Virus record (IMG/VR): IMGVR_UViG_3300022221_000008
Span: 1-60,102 of that record
Strand: one strand, 5' to 3'
Length of the DNA stretch: 60,102 nucleotides
Source of the DNA: a virus
Lineage: Duplodnaviria > Caudoviricetes
The translations under genes and the position numbers were made by a program. The notes beneath the pieces are model-generated. The model ran no database searches and was not told the origin of the DNA. It was given only the letters and a program-made list of their open reading frames with translations. Each line of letters begins with the position of its first letter. Positions within the stretch are counted from its first letter, which is position 1. This document shows positions 54,764 through 60,102 of the stretch, piece after piece.

Positions 54764-55699
54764 ATGACTAACAGCGCTGGGGCCGCGAAACAGCGGAAGA
54801 TCGCCATTCTCGGTACGACGCCCTCCAGGATGCAGGCGCCTTTAAAGGACGAGTCCTGGGAAATCTGGACCATCGGCCCGGGTGGCAAGGACGCCAACAG
54901 ATGGAGCCGGTTGTTCGAAACCCACACGGTCTGGCCGTTGGATTTCGGCGAACTGAAGGATGACAAGTCCTATCTGGACGACCTCTCGAAGGTCGATGGC
55001 GAGCAGTCGGTCTACAGCATCGTGGACATGAAAACCCACTTGCCGCGCTGGGCGCACGATCATGGCAAGAACGACGATTGGCTCAAGGCCAACGTGCGGG
55101 GCGAATGGAAGACCAACGTGGTGATCGACCGCGAGGCGCTTTTCACCAAGTACCGGCGCATGTGGTTCTCCACCTCGATCTGTTATGCGCTCGCCTTGGC
55201 CATCGAGGAGGGCGCGACCGATATCGGCTGCTGGGGCATCGACCTGGAATCGGGCGAGGAATACATTTCGCAGCACGCCGGCTGTGCCCATTTTCTGGAC
55301 TTGGCCCGGCTTCTGGGCATCAACCTGCACTTCCCCAACGGTTGCGGCCTGACCCGCGATCTCAATCCCTATCCGGATCGCTACGAGACGCACCTTTCCC
55401 TTACCTTAGAGAAGAAGGCCGCCTGGCTGCAGCACATGATTGGTGAGCACGAGCCGCAATACGAAGCGGTGCGGGCCGAAATGTTCCGGATCGAGGGCGC
55501 CAGCATCATCCTGAAAAAGATTCTGGCTCGCAACACGCCCGTTACCCAGGAGGAGATCGCCCTCGCCGACCAGGAATTGATGAATGCCAACCGAAAGCAG
55601 GGTCAACTAGCCTCCAACATCAACCACCTGAAGGGCGAGTTGTCCGCCACCCAGTATTACCGCCGCATGTATGTCTGGGGGATGATCGACCCGGCATGA
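54764..55699 (+). CDS. Candidate CstII/Maf-like (sialyltransferase-fold) glycosyltransferase with C-terminal coiled coil
   Basis: KIAILGTTPS and STSICYALALAIEEGATDIGCWGIDL resemble the two conserved GT42/Maf motifs (recalled, not searched). Confidence 0.5.
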   Translation: MTNSAGAAKQRKIAILGTTPSRMQAPLKDESWEIWTIGPGGKDANRWSRLFETHTVWPLDFGELKDDKSYLDDLSKVDGEQSVYSIVDMKTHLPRWAHDHGKNDDWLKANVRGEWKTNVVIDREALFTKYRRMWFSTSICYALALAIEEGATDIGCWGIDLESGEEYISQHAGCAHFLDLARLLGINLHFPNGCGLTRDLNPYPDRYETHLSLTLEKKAAWLQHMIGEHEPQYEAVRAEMFRIEGASIILKKILARNTPVTQEEIALADQELMNANRKQGQLASNINHLKGELSATQYYRRMYVWGMIDPA

Positions 55700-57291
55700 G
55701 CGCCCTTGACGAACTGGTCCAAAAAATCGAGCGGATGAGCCCGGATCAGCTCAAGGAGCTGGATCGGCAAATCCTCGAAGACCCAGAGTTCGGTAACCGC
55801 TGGGCGCCCAATGCGGGGCCGCAATACGACGCCTACATTTCAGAGGCTGACATACTATTGTATGGCGGCCAAGCCGGAGGCGGGAAAAGCGGCCTGATCA
55901 TTGGACTGGCTTTGACGCGGCATAGGCGCTCGCTTCTGATGCGCCGCCAGTACACCGATCTCGGCGCCTTGCAGGACGATTGCCTAGAGAAATACGGGAC
56001 GCGCGTCGGCTATTCCGGCCAGCCGCCGGCCCGCCTGAAGACCAAGGACGAGCGTTTGATCGAGTTCGGTGCCGCCAAGATGCCGGGCGACGAGGAGCAT
56101 TGGAAGGGCCAGCCCCATGACTTTCTCGGCCTGGACGAGGCGTCCCAGTTTCTTGAGTCCCAGGTTCGCTTCCTGCTTGGCTGGCTGCGCTCGACCAGTC
56201 GGGGCCAGCGTTGCCGGGCCGTCCTGGCGACCAACCCGCCCGACAAGCCCGCCGAGGGCCAATGGCTGGTGAAGATGTTCGGCCCCTGGCTCGACCCCAG
56301 CCATCCCCTGCACCCGACGCCCAATGGGATGCTGCGCTGGGTCGTTTCGGACGAAGAGGGTCACGACAAGTGGGTTGACGGGCCGGAAGACGTGCGGATC
56401 GGCGGCAAGTTGGTGAGGCCGTCTTCCCGAACCTTCATCCCGGCGGCCCTCAAGGATAATCCTTTCCTGGCCAAGACCGAATATGCCCGGCAACTGGACG
56501 GCCTGCCCGAGCCCCTGCGGAGCGCCATCCGCGACGGCAACTGGATGATCGCCCACGAGGACGACCCCATGCAGGTCATTCCGACCAATTGGGTCATCGC
56601 CGCGCAGGAACGCTGGACCCGCGACCCGCCGGATGCGCCCATGTGCGCCATCGGAGTCGATGTGGCCATGGGCGGGAAGGCACAGACCGTCCTGGCGCCG
56701 CGTTACGATTGCTGGTTCGCCGAACTGACCGCGATCCCCGGCGTCCAGACCCCCACCGGGCGGGATATCGCGGCGGAAGTCATCAAGGTGCGGCGCAATT
56801 CGGCCAAGGTTTGCATCGACATGGGCGGCGGGTACGGCAGCGGAGCCTACGAATGCCTGCAGGAGAACATCGGGGCCGAGAACGTGATCGGGTTCAAGGG
56901 CGCCGACGCGGTTGCGAGCCGGACCAAGGACCGCTTGCTGCCCTTCGCGAACAAGCGCGCCGAGGTTTACTGGCGCTTCCGCGAGGCGCTCGACCCCGAC
57001 CAGGAGGGTGGCAGTCCCATTATGCTGCCGCCGGATTCCGAACTGGCCGCCGATCTGGTGTCGGTGCGCCGGCTCGATATCGACACGACGCGCGGTAAAA
57101 TCCAGTTGGAGCTGAAAGAAAAGCAGGCCCAGCGCCTGGGGCGCTCGCCGGACAAGGGCGATGCGGTCGTGATGGCCCACGACACCGGCCCCACCTATCT
57201 GACCCATGGGGAGATTTGGCGCGACACGAACCGAATGCGGCGCAAGCCGGTCGTGATCCGGGGCCATGCGAACAGAAAGCGTCGGCGATGA
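55696..57291 (+). CDS. terL: Terminase large subunit
   Basis: Walker A YGGQAGGGKS, Walker B LGLDEA, LATNP, nuclease IGVDVA and RSPDKGDA motifs. Confidence 0.92.
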   Translation: MSALDELVQKIERMSPDQLKELDRQILEDPEFGNRWAPNAGPQYDAYISEADILLYGGQAGGGKSGLIIGLALTRHRRSLLMRRQYTDLGALQDDCLEKYGTRVGYSGQPPARLKTKDERLIEFGAAKMPGDEEHWKGQPHDFLGLDEASQFLESQVRFLLGWLRSTSRGQRCRAVLATNPPDKPAEGQWLVKMFGPWLDPSHPLHPTPNGMLRWVVSDEEGHDKWVDGPEDVRIGGKLVRPSSRTFIPAALKDNPFLAKTEYARQLDGLPEPLRSAIRDGNWMIAHEDDPMQVIPTNWVIAAQERWTRDPPDAPMCAIGVDVAMGGKAQTVLAPRYDCWFAELTAIPGVQTPTGRDIAAEVIKVRRNSAKVCIDMGGGYGSGAYECLQENIGAENVIGFKGADAVASRTKDRLLPFANKRAEVYWRFREALDPDQEGGSPIMLPPDSELAADLVSVRRLDIDTTRGKIQLELKEKQAQRLGRSPDKGDAVVMAHDTGPTYLTHGEIWRDTNRMRRKPVVIRGHANRKRRR

Positions 57292-58193
57292 GGATTCTCG
57301 TCACCGGCGGAGCGGGCTTCATCGGCTCGCATCTTTGCGGGCGGCTATTGACCGAACACGAGGTTGTCTGTCTCGACGATCTCTCGACCGGCTCTTTGGA
57401 GAACATTCGGCGCCTCCTGTCCAACGAGCGCTTCCGTTTGATCCGTTCCGATGTTCGCACGGTGCCGCTTGAGCCCTTCGATCAAATCTACCACCTGGCC
57501 TGCCCGGCCTCTCCCGTCCATTACCGGAAAGACCCGCTCCAGACGCTGCGGACCTGCTTCGAAGGGACCGACAGGTTGCTCGGCCTGGATGCGCGCTTTC
57601 TCATGGCCTCCACTTCGGAAGTCTACGGCGATCCCCTGCATCACCCCCAGACGGAGGACTATTGGGGCAACGTCAACCCGATCGGGCCACGGGCCTGTTA
57701 CGACGAAGGTAAGCGAGTCGCGGAGGCGCTCTGCTTCGACTACGGACGCTTGGGCGCCGATATCCGAGTAGCGAGAATCTTCAACACCTACGGCCCCCGG
57801 ATGCAGATCGACGATGGCCGGGCGGTGTCGAACTTCATCGTCCAGGCCCTGCGGAACGAGCCGCTGACGGTTTACGGCGACGGCTCACAGACGCGCTCCT
57901 TCTGCTATGTGGACGATATGGTCGAGGGTCTGATCCGCATGATGGAGCGGAATATTCCAGGCCCGATCAACCTGGGCAATCCGGAAGAGATCAGCATCAA
58001 GACACTGGCGGAAACGATTTTGACCATGACCGGCAGCAAATCGTCTATTATCCACAAGACCTTGCCGGGCGACGACCCGAAGCGCCGCCGGCCGGCAATC
58101 GATCTGGCCGCGCGGGCTCTCGGCTGGGCGCCGCACACGACCCTTAGAGAGGGATTGGAGCGCACTATCGCTTACTTCAGGGCTGTCCTATGA
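57288..58193 (+). CDS. uxs: UDP-glucuronate decarboxylase (UDP-xylose synthase)
   Basis: VTGGAGFIGSHL, HLACPASPVHY, STSEVYGDP and YWGNVNPIGPRACYDEGKRVAE motifs. Confidence 0.9.
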   Translation: MRILVTGGAGFIGSHLCGRLLTEHEVVCLDDLSTGSLENIRRLLSNERFRLIRSDVRTVPLEPFDQIYHLACPASPVHYRKDPLQTLRTCFEGTDRLLGLDARFLMASTSEVYGDPLHHPQTEDYWGNVNPIGPRACYDEGKRVAEALCFDYGRLGADIRVARIFNTYGPRMQIDDGRAVSNFIVQALRNEPLTVYGDGSQTRSFCYVDDMVEGLIRMMERNIPGPINLGNPEEISIKTLAETILTMTGSKSSIIHKTLPGDDPKRRRPAIDLAARALGWAPHTTLREGLERTIAYFRAVL

Positions 58194-58645
58194 GCCATGT
58201 TCGCAAAGCCGTCCCTGGCGACCTCGGCCAATTGGTCGCCATGGCACGGGATTTCACCGGTGAGTCGGCCCTGCCGCTGACCTTCAACCGGGAGAAGTCG
58301 GCGCATTATCTCTTGTGGTTAATCGGCCAACCGGCCTATGACGTTCTTGTCGAGCAGGATGGCGATGTCATCAGCGGCGCGGCCATCGTAGGCTACGAAG
58401 CCCATTGGTACGATGAAACCTGCGCCTATGTGGAAAAGATGTTCGTTCACAAGGAATTCCGGGGGCTCGGTACCGCCAGGGCGCTGGTGAGGGAAATCGT
58501 CCTTGCCTGCCAGGCGCGCGGCGCCGTCATCGTTTTCGCCGCCTCGACCGCCGGGATGGGCGAACGGACGGAAAAGCTGTATGTTAGGCTTTTCGAGCGC
58601 GCGGGCTTCACGTTCCTCGGGCGCGTCATGCAAAGGATACTGTGA
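58190..58645 (+). CDS. GNAT-family acetyltransferase
   Basis: MFVHKEFRGLGTARAL (acetyl-CoA motif A) and FERAGF. Confidence 0.85.
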   Translation: MSHVRKAVPGDLGQLVAMARDFTGESALPLTFNREKSAHYLLWLIGQPAYDVLVEQDGDVISGAAIVGYEAHWYDETCAYVEKMFVHKEFRGLGTARALVREIVLACQARGAVIVFAASTAGMGERTEKLYVRLFERAGFTFLGRVMQRIL

Positions 58646-58941
58646 TGGGAAAGCAAGCAACCAGCGCAAATCATTATATCGCAATGGCGGCGGTGCCGGG
58701 CTCCTATGTGATCGACCAGCGCGCCTCGCCGCTGGCCCAGGCCCTGAAGGTGCTCAAGGGACCGAAGACCCCCGACGAACCCAACAAGCCCCCGCCCCCG
58801 CCCGAAGAGGATGAAGCCCTGCCCATGCCGGACCCGGAAGACGAATTGGAGGTCCAGCGCAAACGGCGTGCGGCGGCGGCGCGGCGGCGGTCGGGCCGCT
58901 CCTCGACGCTCCTGAGCGAGAACAGCAGCCTGGGGGGCTGA
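58645..58941 (+). CDS. Small pre-portal protein
   Basis: Pro-rich middle and RRSGRSSTLLS C-terminus typical of the gene preceding podovirus portals. Confidence 0.6.
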   Translation: MGKQATSANHYIAMAAVPGSYVIDQRASPLAQALKVLKGPKTPDEPNKPPPPPEEDEALPMPDPEDELEVQRKRRAAAARRRSGRSSTLLSENSSLGG

Positions 58942-58942
58942 C

Positions 58943-60102
58943 ATGGAGATTTCCGAGCGCCACAAGAGGCTGATCGAGGACGCCAGCGCGGCTTTCGGCA
59001 CGCGCGGCTCCCTCATGTCCCTGTGGCAGGAAATCGCCTATCACTTCTATCCCGAAATGGCGGACTTCACGACCAACCGCTATCTGGGCGATGAGTTCGC
59101 CGACCACTTGACCACCTCCTATCCTCTGATGGCGCGGCGCACCCTGGGCGACTCCCTTTCCGCCATGCTGCGCCCGATCCAATTGGACACGACCTCGCCG
59201 GGCGTCTGGTTCAATCTCCGCGCCCTGGACGAGCGGAAAGAGAACACCCAAACGCGCCGCTGGCTGGAGCACAAGACCCAGGTGCAGCGCCGGGCCATGT
59301 ACGACAAGAGCGCCAATTTCGTGCGCGCCACCAAGGAGGGCGACCACACCTTCGTCACCTTCGGCCAGGCGCCGCTTTATCTCGACCTCAACAAGACCCG
59401 CGACACCCTGCTGTATCAATGCTTCCACCTGCGCGACGTGGCCTGGCGCGAGGACGCCGAGGGCAAGATTTCCCAGATTTACCGCAAATGGAAGCCCAGT
59501 CCCTTGCAGCTCTACGGCTCCTTCGGCGACAAGATCAGCCCGAAGGCGAAGGAACGGCTAAGCCAGGCACCCCACACCAACAGCACGGCGGCTTTCGATC
59601 GTCAGGGCGGCGGCGTCAACTGCCTGCACGTGATGATCAAGGCCGAGGACTACGAGCTGCGCGACCGGGAGGGCAAGAAGTGGCGCACGCCCTGGGTATC
59701 GGTCTGGATCGATACCGACAACAACTGGGTCATGGAGGAAATCGGCTCCTGGCAGCGCAAGTACATCATCCCCCGCTGGGTCACCATCCCCGGTTCCCAG
59801 TATGCCTCCTCGCCCGCCGTCACGGCGGCCCTGCCGGATGCCCGCCTGATCCAGGCCATGACACTGACGCTCCTGGAAAGCTCGGAGAAGTTCGCCGACC
59901 CGCCCATGATCGCCACCGAGGAGGTGATCCGCTCCGACATGCAGCTTTTTGCCGGCGGCACGACCTGGGTCGATTCCGCCTATGACGAGCGGCTGGGCGC
60001 GGCCCTGAGGCCGGCCTATGAAGCACGGGCGAACGAGGGTGTCAGGACTGGCAACGAGCTGCGCATGGATGTGCGGGAGCAGATCGCCAAGGCTTTCTTC
60101 CT
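58943..60102 (+). CDS. Portal (head-tail connector) protein, N-terminal part; continues across the origin to 692 (~574 aa in total)
   Basis: ATG at 58943 (MEISERHKRL...SLWQEIAYHFYPEMADF). Position 60065 (= position 90) is in frame with it, joining ORF 90..692. The IIPRWVTIPGSQYASSP...ALPDARLIQAM segment is typical of T7/BPP-1 portals. Absent from the ORF track because it runs off the end. Confidence 0.85.
   Translation, partial: MEISERHKRLIEDASAAFGTRGSLMSLWQEIAYHFYPEMADFTTNRYLGDEFADHLTTSYPLMARRTLGDSLSAMLRPIQLDTTSPGVWFNLRALDERKENTQTRRWLEHKTQVQRRAMYDKSANFVRATKEGDHTFVTFGQAPLYLDLNKTRDTLLYQCFHLRDVAWREDAEGKISQIYRKWKPSPLQLYGSFGDKISPKAKERLSQAPHTNSTAAFDRQGGGVNCLHVMIKAEDYELRDREGKKWRTPWVSVWIDTDNNWVMEEIGSWQRKYIIPRWVTIPGSQYASSPAVTAALPDARLIQAMTLTLLESSEKFADPPMIATEEVIRSDMQLFAGGTTWVDSAYDERLGAALRPAYEARANEGVRTGNELRMDVREQIAKAFF
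59976..60102. repeat. Terminal direct repeat (copy 2); circular-assembly overlap
   Basis: Identical to 1-127. Confidence 0.95.

Overview
The window is a complete, circularly permuted ~59,975-bp dsDNA tailed-phage genome: bases 1-127 recur at 59976-60102, and the portal ORF runs across the join. It is GC-rich and podovirus-like, with a BPP-1/T7-type order of portal, Bbp19-like protein, scaffold, capsid, tail tubes A/B, three internal virion proteins, tail fibre and lysis cassette. An alphaproteobacterial host is a guess. The early region holds many small genes, two HTH regulators at divergent promoters, SSB-, RusA- and beta-clamp-like genes, and one tRNA(CAT). I recognised no integrase, polymerase, primase or helicase. 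Three things stand out. (1) The ~19 kb between terS and terL contains Ser/Thr-rich putative virion proteins, an apparently complete, streamlined legionaminic-acid-type (nonulosonic acid) pathway with tailoring enzymes, a GT2, and an unannotated protein with CstII/Maf-like sialyltransferase motifs. A Ser-Thr dipeptide is enriched in several exterior virion proteins but not in interior ones. Together these suggest a phage-encoded system for coating the virion in a sialic-acid-like sugar. (2) An array of three back-to-back candidate non-coding RNAs, each closed by a 22-bp stem whose only imperfections are G-U pairs; two are paralogous and one has tRNA-like geometry. (3) A gene-cassette-like array delimited by identical 82-bp intergenic repeats. 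All functional calls come from recognising motifs by eye; no searches were run.
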